From assembly GCA_965209085.1 (NCBI GenBank), contig OZ242376.1, positions 1,280,001 through 1,344,000 on the forward strand: DNA of 64,000 nucleotides. The letters run 5' to 3'. Positions 19,855 through 28,422 of this stretch are shown in pieces (position 1 is the first letter of the stretch; each line of letters opens with the position of its first letter). Origin of the DNA: Nitrosopumilaceae archaeon. GTDB lineage: Archaea; Thermoproteota; Nitrososphaeria; Nitrososphaerales; Nitrosopumilaceae. A program made the translations under genes and the position numbers. The notes under the pieces were generated by a model. The model was not told where the DNA came from. It did not search any database and saw only the letters and a program-made list of their open reading frames with translations.

Positions 19855-21218
19855 TGTACAATGAGGTGGTATGTACGAAAAAATCAAAAAGCCCTCAAAC
19901 CACGAAAAAGACAATAGACCTCATACATAATCATTAAAATCAGTCATTTTTATTCGTAAAAATTGTGAATTTGGTCCATTATGCATGAAGTCTAATGATG
20001 TACACGGCAATGGATTTGAGTCAAAAATCAATACAGATCGCCGCTAGAAACAGCCAGGGAAAATTTGTTAAAGAATGTAAAATTGATAAAAATGCAAACT
20101 TGTTGTTAGATGTTCTAAAAGGATTGGGCAAGAAAAACACCATAAAGATTGTCATGGAGTCCAGATATAATCACCAGTATCCATACAAACTGTTGCGTGA
20201 ACTTGGATACGATGCTATCATAGCACAACCGTTTATGGTAAAGGCCATTGCATATGCTAAAGTTAAAACCGATAAAGTAGACGCAAGAATGCTAGCAAAC
20301 CTGCTTGCAGCAGAATTGATTCCAGAGGCATATATTCCTGAAACAGAAATTCAGGATTTACGTGATCTGGTTAGAAGTAGACTTGGACTTGTACGTGAAC
20401 GTGTTCATAAAAACAAGATAAAAGCAGATTTAGCAAAAAGATGGATAACAATTAACGTGTCAACCCAAATGATTCTTGGGCAAAAATGCTTACGAGAATT
20501 AAACATATGGTCAATAAACGATTAACTAAACGTTATTTCGTTCCTAAATGACAGGATTTACCAATTGGATCTTCGAATACGTAAAAAAGCAGAAAATAAC
20601 AAATATGCCAAGATTCTCATGACCATACTGGGAATATCATACTATTCGGCACTTTCTATATCCGCAGAGATTGCAGACATTGACAGATTTGAAAACCATG
20701 AACACTTGTGTTCATATGCACGATTGGTTCCAAGAGTGTATCAATCTAGGGAAAAGCTAAAGATGTGTGCTGCAGGAAAACGTGGAAGTCAAATACTCAG
20801 CTGGATGACTGTACAATGCATGTTTGTTCACATAAAAAATTGTCCAAATTCGGCAATTACCATACACTACAACAAGATAGCGGAAAGACGCAACAAGTCA
20901 AAGGTAAAGATCGCAGCGGCTAGAAAGATGATGAAAATCATCCATGTAATGCTAAAAGAAAACACATCTTTTAGACACGATGGATAAGTGGACGGCATAG
21001 AGGCTCATAACGTTCTTGCACTATGAGTGCGTGAATGAGGTTGGGTCCATAATGCCGCATAAGCGAAAACCACGGTGCGTTTGGAACGCGAATAGTAGTA
21101 TGCGATCCATCTGATTCAAAACCACACAATGTGGAGGACGACATCTAGCGAAAGATATGCACCGTTTTAAATAAAACATGTCAAGTTTAATAACAAAGGA
21201 TTATGTCGTACATTGTAG
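19855..21218 (+). mobile_element. IS110-family (IS1111-like) element; transposase 19995-20987 broken by an in-frame TAA at 20523
   Basis: AMDLSQK, VME, KTDKVDA (DEDD RuvC), GIS..SA..I.AEI.DI.RF, AARK; TGTA at both junctions; long 3' non-coding region. Confidence 0.85.
20988..21212 (+). ncRNA. Candidate bridge/seekRNA region of the IS110 element
   Basis: ~225-nt non-coding region after the transposase with stems (CGGCAT..ATGCCG, CTCATA..TATGAG) and short matches to target and element ends. Confidence 0.5.
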
Positions 21219-22486
21219 AACGATTTTTGCATTAAAAATGATAGGATCGGAGGGTTCATTTTATCATTGCCCTCCATGCGGTGCCAAATTCTGATGGCGT
21301 CGCGTACCCTATTGCAGAGTGTACTTGGTTCTGATTGTAATCCTCAAAGGCGTATGATATTGCAGCCTCTGCGTCCTGGAACGTCTCAAAGTCGCGCGGC
21401 CAGACATACTCTTTCTTGAGACTCTTGTGGAAAGATTCCACATGAGCATTTTGCTCTGGTGTATGATAGTGGATGAATTCTTACCTCACACCGTATGCTT
21501 TTACAGTCTTGCCAAATTGCGCTGAAATATACTGGGAGCCGTTGTCGGTTCTTAAAACAAGCTTTGAGCAGTCCGGTTTTTTGGATGCCAAAGCTTCAGT
21601 TAATGCTGCAATTGCACCGTCGGTAATAGCTCTTGACTCAAACGCATATCCGACCCATTCGCGGGTAAATGCATCAAGGATGTTAAACAGATAACATCAT
21701 CTGTCCTGACCGCACCAAATGTACGTCATGTTAGCTTGCCAGAGCTGATCAGGTCCTGCAAGTTTTGGTTGTTTTCTGGAGCGTATGATCTCTTTTTTGG
21801 GTTTTGCAGGCACATTCTAGCCCAAATAATGATATATTTTCTTCACTTTTTTGCAGTTTACAGGTTTACCTGTAATGCGAGATATGATGGCGACCATTCT
21901 TCGTGTTCCATATGTGAGTCTGTTTTGAGCAACCTACGGTACCATCTTTGATATTTCCTTGTCGATTTGGATGTGCGTGGTTTTTTGATGGCATACAGTC
22001 TCTTGTTGGACGCTCCAGCATAGCGTGCGGATTTGCGAAGACTCAAACCTTGCTCCTGCATGAGTGTAACAGATTTCATTTTATATTCCACAGTAACGTT
22101 TTTTTTTAAAATATCATTGACGATGGTCAGATCACCAATGAGCTTTTTGAGGGATTCATTTTCACTTGTAAGCGTCTTGACTGCATTGTCTCTGGGCTTG
22201 CCTGAAAGAGCAGCTTTGCAGGATTCAATGAATGATTCACTCCAACGACTGAACGTTATCTGACTGATGTTGTGTCTACGGCACAGCTCTGCGGGGGTAA
22301 TGCGTGTGTTTATTGACTCCATGATGATACGTACTTTTTCATCTGGCGCACGATGGGGGTTTTTCATTGACAAATCCACTCCCGAGGGGGTAAAATTTGT
22401 AATACTTGAAGTGCTCTCCTTTTATGGGGTCCACTCCAAGATCAAGTCACATAAACTATATATCGTGTTTACCAATTAACTATCAT

Positions 22487-22687
22487 ATGAGTTCAGATAC
22501 TTATAATGTACCTGGAACCTGCCATAACTGCAGTGGCAAAAATTATGTTGTGTTGAAAAAAGGCATACCTGCAAATAGTAAAGATTCCGTAATAGCATCA
22601 GAGGAAATGGAATGTACTACTTGCGGGTGTATAGGTTTTATTTTGGCCAGCGCAATTTCGAATCGTGATAACGCGATGGATCTATGA
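22487..22687 (+). CDS. Small Zn-ribbon protein
   Basis: MSSDTYNVPGTCHNC...CTTCGC. Confidence 0.55.
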   Translation: MSSDTYNVPGTCHNCSGKNYVVLKKGIPANSKDSVIASEEMECTTCGCIGFILASAISNRDNAMDL

Positions 22688-22717
22688 CCGCGTGTTGTTA
22701 ATCCGCCTAGCACTGGT

Positions 22718-22796
22718 ACGAGGTCACATCATGCCTAGAATTTACGCAATAAATGAAGATGTAGGCACAAAATAGCACGAGGTGCTGACCTCATAC
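22718..22796. repeat. Structured ~80-nt repeat, copy 1
   Basis: 74/79 identical to 32642-32720; nested inverted repeats GAGGTCA..TGACCTC, TGCCTA..TAGGCA. Confidence 0.9.
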
Positions 22797-22843
22797 TAGC
22801 AGTGATCTAAAAAAGTTATATACGCATATAGAAATTATGTTGC

Positions 22844-23329
22844 ATGGGAGTTAGTTCGCTACTTATTGCAGATTATCTATTATCTAAAGAAACACCATTA
22901 ACCCCAATGCAGGTAAACAAACTAGTTTACATATCCCATGGCTATTCATTAGCTGTACTTGATAAAAGCTTGATTGACGATAGAATTGAAGCTTGGAAAT
23001 ATGGTCCAGTCATACCAATTGTATATTATAAATTCAAACAATATGGTGGAGATATAATAGACCGGCTAGGTTATTGCAAAACATCCTTATCGGATAATGT
23101 ATTACTTACAGAACGTAAAAAATTCTTTACGATCGCAATTGATCTTACGAAAAAAAATATTGTAGATTTCGTATTTTCTAAATATAGCAATTATCGAGGA
23201 ACACAATTATCTGTAATCACTCATGAGAAAAATACACCGTGGGCAGAATGCTATAATGAGAATGAACTGTTTACAGAAATTCCAAATGACATCATAAAAA
23301 AACACTACAAGGAGTTAATACATGACTAA
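22844..23329 (+). CDS. Panacea/SocA (DUF4065) antitoxin-like protein
   Basis: LTPMQVNKLVYISHG, IEAWKYGPV, THEKNTPW. Confidence 0.9.
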   Translation: MGVSSLLIADYLLSKETPLTPMQVNKLVYISHGYSLAVLDKSLIDDRIEAWKYGPVIPIVYYKFKQYGGDIIDRLGYCKTSLSDNVLLTERKKFFTIAIDLTKKNIVDFVFSKYSNYRGTQLSVITHEKNTPWAECYNENELFTEIPNDIIKKHYKELIHD

Positions 23330-23747
23330 GAAAAAGTCCGAAAATGATGAATTATTAGAAAAGATGTATTTGGAACATAAGAAAATATTATTTAGAAAAC
23401 ATAGCACTACCCATGGCGAAAAAATCAAAAAGCTTCTTATAGTTAAAAAACCTAAAAAAAATGACGAGGATGATTTTTTTAAAAATAAAGATATGCGTGA
23501 AACTTTAAACAAACATTTTTTAAAAAATCTTCCGAAATTTTGGCATGAAGAAAATATAAAATATATGCTAAAAACATTACGTTATATTACTACATATGCA
23601 TATATTGGCACGTTTATTATTTTGATCTTTACAGGATTTAAATTCTATGGTTTTAATATGCCTGAAAATGTATTAATAGTATTAATAGCATCCATTGCAA
23701 CTTCAAAAATAACTCAATCGATAACATCAGCTATAAAATCAAAATAA
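23322..23747 (+). CDS. Membrane protein (2 C-terminal TM); candidate partner of the Panacea protein
   Basis: Overlaps the Panacea gene; charged N-terminus and two hydrophobic helices. Confidence 0.7.
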   Translation: MTKKKSENDELLEKMYLEHKKILFRKHSTTHGEKIKKLLIVKKPKKNDEDDFFKNKDMRETLNKHFLKNLPKFWHEENIKYMLKTLRYITTYAYIGTFIILIFTGFKFYGFNMPENVLIVLIASIATSKITQSITSAIKSK

Positions 23748-23753
23748 CGCAAT

Positions 23754-24155
23754 TCATTTTTTAAATCTTTTAGATTTCCTATACACCTTAAAAAATCCCA
23801 AACCTGCCTTTGCAAATTTCATCGTCTTCAACAAACGCAATAAACGAAATACCCTGAACAATCGAAAGAACGGTACGAGTAACACGATATCAAACCAATG
23901 CTTTCTCAAGAACACTTTCCAATTTTCACTTGCACGGTATTTCAAAAATACATCAAATGCAAATATAACCCAAATTATCCAGGACAATATGTCCCAATAA
24001 TGTGCCAATGTATCCGGCAACGGGAGAATGGGATATTCAAAGCCGAACAGGTCGCTGTCAAAAGCTAAAAGACCTACTAGGAAAAATATAACCCAACCGA
24101 TTGTTACTATGTTGACCGATTGGATCCATTTCTCAGATTCAGAGTTTAATTTCAA
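23754..24155 (-). CDS. Voltage-sensor/ion-transport-like membrane protein lacking a pore domain
   Basis: FLRKHWFDIVLLVPFFRLFRVFRLLRLLK, an S3-S4-like Arg-periodic helix. Confidence 0.75.
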   Translation of the reverse strand: MKLNSESEKWIQSVNIVTIGWVIFFLVGLLAFDSDLFGFEYPILPLPDTLAHYWDILSWIIWVIFAFDVFLKYRASENWKVFLRKHWFDIVLLVPFFRLFRVFRLLRLLKTMKFAKAGLGFFKVYRKSKRFKK

Positions 24156-24190
24156 AATATAAATTTAATGGCAATTGCATAAATTTATGT

Positions 24191-24427
24191 TTATTTGTAA
24201 GTATGGCGTTTATTTTCCACATCAGGAAATGGTAAATTTGGATGTTTTGATTTTTCAGAAATCGCCAAAAACGTGATTGGTGTTAAGAAATAACGTGTGT
24301 TGGTAATAGTTGTTGATGAAGGCGATTCGCCTATCTTAACATGTCCAATATTTTCAAGTTGTAGCATATATCCTTTCAAAGTACTATTATCAACCGTCGT
24401 GTTACTGTTATCATGAAGATGTTTCAA
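24191..24427 (-). CDS. Small putative winged-helix protein
   Basis: 78-aa ORF with wHTH-like pattern (LKGYMLQLENIGHVKI...RYFLT); start uncertain. Confidence 0.35.
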   Translation of the reverse strand: MKHLHDNSNTTVDNSTLKGYMLQLENIGHVKIGESPSSTTITNTRYFLTPITFLAISEKSKHPNLPFPDVENKRHTYK

Positions 24428-24628
24428 GATTTCAGCGTCAGTTATGCCGTATGGTCATTTGGTATACAGTATATTTAATATTTGAAAATGAATTGATATC
24501 ATACTCTGGTAATTCTTAGGTCTTTATGACTAATTTCGACCTGCTGTTAATTTAGGGTGTTTTTCTGTCAACTTGGGGAGGTAAGATATACATAATTTCC
24601 ACGCCTAAAAATTCAAACTGCGATCAGT

Positions 24629-24859
24629 TTAGTTGTGCATATAATGATGTGCTATGTATTCAGAACGCACGTCAAATATCTGTGGAGGGATGCAATATCC
24701 ACAAACCCAAAATTTCCGGTCTGTTGGGACAACTTCATCAACATCGATGTTTTTTGGTATCTCAGTACCACTAAGATCTTCTTCAAGGAAAACTTCCCTA
24801 GGATCGCATGATGTATCTGCAATGTGTGTTTTCCTCTCATCTCCAGCAAAATCAATCAA
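24629..24859 (-). CDS. Small hypothetical protein with C2H2-like tail
   Basis: CGYC...HHYMH; may be the frameshifted tail of the upstream AN1 gene. Confidence 0.4.
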   Translation of the reverse strand: MIDFAGDERKTHIADTSCDPREVFLEEDLSGTEIPKNIDVDEVVPTDRKFWVCGYCIPPQIFDVRSEYIAHHYMHN

Positions 24860-24904
24860 TGATCCTGATTTTGAAACATATCTGCATGCATCACATACTA
24901 GACT

Positions 24905-25210
24905 TCATGCATAATGGGATAAATTCCCAATTTTTACGAATAAAAATGACCGATTTGAACGATTATGCATACGGTCTACTACAATGTATCTGCCATAGCT
25001 AATATTCAGATCCAAGCGCCTCAACCAGGTTTTTCTTAGAAATTTCACGGGCTCTATTTTACTACATTCATGATTTTCCAACTGAATGTGATCTACACAA
25101 AAATCTCGCCTACAAAATTTACATGCAAAATCGTCCGGAAATGCCACACCAATTCCACAAAATCCACATTTTTTCATGGCGTTTAACCTGTACCCCATCT
25201 TATCATGCAA
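24905..25210 (-). CDS. AN1-type zinc finger protein
   Basis: CGFC...FACKFCRRDFCVDHIQLENHEC. Confidence 0.8.
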   Translation of the reverse strand: MHDKMGYRLNAMKKCGFCGIGVAFPDDFACKFCRRDFCVDHIQLENHECSKIEPVKFLRKTWLRRLDLNISYGRYIVVDRMHNRSNRSFLFVKIGNLSHYA

Positions 25211-26193
25211 TTATATCGTTCAATGCCTTCATTATGGGTATCATTCATTCTTTCATATTTATCATATAAGATGAGATATTCGGAATATTGTGCAGTGTCG
25301 TGTATTGTAGATGGATATCTGTCAAGCTCACGACCTAGTCTATCTAGTTCTCTAAACATCTTGCGTAATTTTTCATCCAATGTTTTCATGCCTGCAGATT
25401 CATAAGATTCCACGTCGCTTGAAGGTATGTCATAACCTAAATTATCAAATGGGAATTCATAATCATCGCCGTGCATCAAATGATTTTGATTTCGATTATG
25501 TTCAATACCTAAATGATGTCCAAATTCATGCTTTACAATATCTATCATTGATTCTGGGTTATACTCGTATCGGTTCCCATTACAATCATAATCGCCAGTA
25601 TCGACCAAGATCTCGCTCACACCCCAAAAATCTGATTCAGTGTGACTATCACATCCATCACTACAGTATAGGCCAGCATAATCCACTGATCCTAATTCCT
25701 TGAATGTGAATATGAAATCATAATCTGAATAATCGGTCACTTCTCGAAATTCCATGCCTGGATTCAGATGGGACCATTCATTCAAACCAATATCTGCAAT
25801 ATGCCGGTATTCGATAAAACCTCCACGTATTGCATATTTGTACACTTGATTGTATGGTGCATCATTTGATTCAGTATAATCTGTAACAGGTACCTTTGTT
25901 GGTTCGATTTCCACATGTGAAGTATCTACATCATCCAATGGTGGCATTACATGTGTGGGCCGCCACATACTTTCGTCAGTTGCAAGCCAGTATCCAACTA
26001 TGAGCATTAACGCCACAACGATGACAATCCCCGTGATCTTGGACTCTCGCCCATACACAATATCTTTTTCACTTTTGAATTTGTATGACTCTCCAGTTCT
26101 CATCAACGTATGACCGCATTTCTCACAACAAACATACCCTTCCTCAGAATATCTATAATCGTGGGAGCAACGACCTAGCATTGGGAATTCCAT
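25183..26193 (-). CDS. Membrane-anchored matrixin-like zinc metalloprotease
   Basis: HEFGHHLGIEH zinc motif plus Met-turn (HLM); N-terminal Zn-ribbon and one TM helix; C-terminal coiled coil. Confidence 0.85.
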   Translation of the reverse strand: MEFPMLGRCSHDYRYSEEGYVCCEKCGHTLMRTGESYKFKSEKDIVYGRESKITGIVIVVALMLIVGYWLATDESMWRPTHVMPPLDDVDTSHVEIEPTKVPVTDYTESNDAPYNQVYKYAIRGGFIEYRHIADIGLNEWSHLNPGMEFREVTDYSDYDFIFTFKELGSVDYAGLYCSDGCDSHTESDFWGVSEILVDTGDYDCNGNRYEYNPESMIDIVKHEFGHHLGIEHNRNQNHLMHGDDYEFPFDNLGYDIPSSDVESYESAGMKTLDEKLRKMFRELDRLGRELDRYPSTIHDTAQYSEYLILYDKYERMNDTHNEGIERYNCMIRWGTG

Positions 26194-26543
26194 GATTTAG
26201 TCCAGTAATATAACAGATACACGTATCCTACAAATATGGATAATGTAAATATTATCACACCCCATTCATGAAATTCTGAATTTATGTGTGCTCCACGTAA
26301 TGTTAATTGTATTATAATATACAATAATATGCCTGTTCCAATCGAATATAGTAAACCTAGTCTTAATTTATGAACTCGGTAATAAAGGTAAAATAAAACA
26401 ACAGGTTCAATAAATATTAATAATGTTGATGCATCAGATATGACCGGACCAAGCATATTGGAAGTTATGAAATATACAATTACTATCACAGCTAATGGGA
26501 TCATCTGTGTATACATTTTTACAGGAGTTTTTTGCAGAGGCAT
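26175..26543 (-). CDS. Membrane protein (4 TM)
   Basis: Four hydrophobic segments; overlaps the protease gene. Confidence 0.7.
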   Translation of the reverse strand: MPLQKTPVKMYTQMIPLAVIVIVYFITSNMLGPVISDASTLLIFIEPVVLFYLYYRVHKLRLGLLYSIGTGILLYIIIQLTLRGAHINSEFHEWGVIIFTLSIFVGYVYLLYYWTKSWNSQC

Positions 26544-26546
26544 GTT

Positions 26547-26717
26547 CTATCCTCGCATCCATCTACGCCATGCCCTACTCGTATACGCCATAATTACAAA
26601 CAGCGATGGGAAAAAAAGCAACCCCGAGATCTGAGTGTTACCTGGATTGGCAAACAGCATGGCCCCAAAAAACATGCCAATTATAGCCAATGAGCATATG
26701 ATCACACCCGTACGCAT
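26547..26717 (-). CDS. Small membrane protein (56 aa)
   Basis: Hand translation MRTGVIICSLAIIGMFFGAMLF...AWRRWMRG; first gene of a putative operon. Confidence 0.5.
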   Translation of the reverse strand: MRTGVIICSLAIIGMFFGAMLFANPGNTQISGLLFFPSLFVIMAYTSRAWRRWMRG

Positions 26718-26800
26718 ATTTCACTATAATAATGTAGTATTATATGAATATTCGTGATAATCTTGGCATGGATTAAAACTCGTGTTATACTTGGCAGAGC

Positions 26801-26959
26801 ATGGCAAAAATCATGGGCTCAACAAAAATCACGACCAGATATCAGATCACGCTGCCTGAAGAAGTTCGGCTCAGTATGGGACTAGAGATTGGGCAGTTGT
26901 TGGCATTCGTGCAGAACAAGTCCGGACGCATAGAACTGGTTACAGAAGTGGATACATGA
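26801..26959 (+). CDS. AbrB/MazE-type DNA-binding protein (52 aa)
   Basis: Hand translation MAKIMGSTKITTRYQITLPEEVRLSMGLEIGQLLAF. Confidence 0.8.
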   Translation: MAKIMGSTKITTRYQITLPEEVRLSMGLEIGQLLAFVQNKSGRIELVTEVDT

Positions 26960-27121
26960 TGACCTCGCGGCAAAAACCATGTCGTATGCGTGTGATTGGC
27001 GGTCCTAAGAGGATGTACCTCATTGAAAATCATGTAGGATAATTCGAGAATACAGTGGAAACAATCTAAGACCATTATTTGATAAACTAAAATGCTAATA
27101 TAAGGAAAAAACTAACTGTAC

Positions 27122-28021
27122 TTGGAAAATTGTATGGTTAAAACAGATATTCATAAAATTGGAAATGTTAAAATGGAATCGGATGTGGAATTACAGAAAT
27201 TTTCAAATGAAAAAAATGTGGTATTATTGGCATTCATTAATTCATATGCTCCAAAAAAAATTAATACTGTTAGATCCGACGCACCCGAAATAAACATCGC
27301 AGATGAAATTGCAATTGAAAATGTTTTAGATACCATAAAACAAAAAATGGGAACAATGCCAGATGAAGCATATTTATTAGTTAACACGACTGGTGGAGGG
27401 TTAAACTCATCATTCAAAATAGCAAAGGCGATTAGAAAAAAATTTAAAAAAATAACTGTTTTTGTTCCACATGTAGCTGCTAGTGGAGGAACGTTATTGG
27501 CAATGACGGGAAATACAATCCGAATGGGGATGATGAGTCAATTAAGTCCTCTCGATCCTCAAATAGAATACAAAGAATATGGTCGTGTATCTGCCAATTG
27601 TATGAATAGATCTAAAAGACGATACGACGATGAACTTGCAACGCTACATGAAGATGATATAGATTTTCCAGACAGGCACATGATAGAATCACTTGATCCA
27701 ATATTGTATGAAATATTTAACGATGCACTTGTTATGGCAGAAACGTACATTGACTTCATTTTAGAAAAATCCAATTATACAAAACCTGTACGTGAATCTT
27801 TGTGCAATAGTTTCATCTATGGTTTCCCTGGTCATGATTTTATGATAGACAAAAATTTAGCAAAAATACTTGGGCTTCATATTGAAACTGAAGATCAGAA
27901 TATTGAAGAATGGAATTTGATGAGAGACTGGTTTGGAAAATATATTTCAAAAGAAACAGACATGCATTTTATTCGATACTGTATTCCAAAAAAATTAGAT
28001 AATGTAAATATGGGAAAATAA
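27122..28021 (+). CDS. SDH/ClpP-fold serine protease
   Basis: LVNTTGG, VFVPHVAASGGTLLAM, SQLSPLDPQI, H.F.I motifs. Confidence 0.85.
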   Translation: MENCMVKTDIHKIGNVKMESDVELQKFSNEKNVVLLAFINSYAPKKINTVRSDAPEINIADEIAIENVLDTIKQKMGTMPDEAYLLVNTTGGGLNSSFKIAKAIRKKFKKITVFVPHVAASGGTLLAMTGNTIRMGMMSQLSPLDPQIEYKEYGRVSANCMNRSKRRYDDELATLHEDDIDFPDRHMIESLDPILYEIFNDALVMAETYIDFILEKSNYTKPVRESLCNSFIYGFPGHDFMIDKNLAKILGLHIETEDQNIEEWNLMRDWFGKYISKETDMHFIRYCIPKKLDNVNMGK

Positions 28022-28197
28022 TTACGTAAATTATTGATCACTAATGATTGTGTTTTTTGGATTATGAGCTCGTTTTGCCATGTGTTCCTTAACACGATCA
28101 TATGTCATTGTAATCTCATGGGAATTTTCCATACGCTAATTGTGATATTACCACATAAATATTTAGCGGCATGAATATATAATGGCTGATCGCAGGG

Positions 28198-28338
28198 TCA
28201 GGATTCATTGGCCCATTTTAATAGAGCTTCTTCAACTGCTATTGACAAATTACCTTTCTTCATGCCTTTCTTCCGGGCAACTGCATTTCTGAATTTCTGA
28301 TCTACATCTTCAGATATTTTCATGTTCAACTGACCCAT
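28198..28338 (-). CDS. Ribbon-helix-helix protein (46 aa)
   Basis: Hand translation MGQLNMKISEDVDQKFRNAVARKKGMKKGNLSIAVEEALLKW; divergent from the transposase. Confidence 0.8.
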   Translation of the reverse strand: MGQLNMKISEDVDQKFRNAVARKKGMKKGNLSIAVEEALLKWANES

Positions 28339-28422
28339 ATTGATATATGTAATAATCCATGTATATATATCTACATTAAGTAGTTAAGTAGATTTATATG
28401 ATATACCACTACATAACTACTT

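Larger units (their letters stand above)
19842..22438 (-). mobile_element. IS3-family element (orfA/orfB decayed, ~21256-22379) with an IS110 inserted in its right IR
   Basis: Ends TGGTGCGGACCCC (19842) and revcomp TGGAGTGGACCCC (22438); HTH orfA, A9 slippery run near 22100, ESFHKSLKKE and HSAIGYATP rve motifs. Confidence 0.8.

Noticed and set aside
21858-22379. In-frame IS3 orfA-orfB fusion at the A9 run as a hyperactive transposase
   Set aside because: Downstream frameshifts and stops make it non-functional; it may be a homopolymer slip or sequencing error
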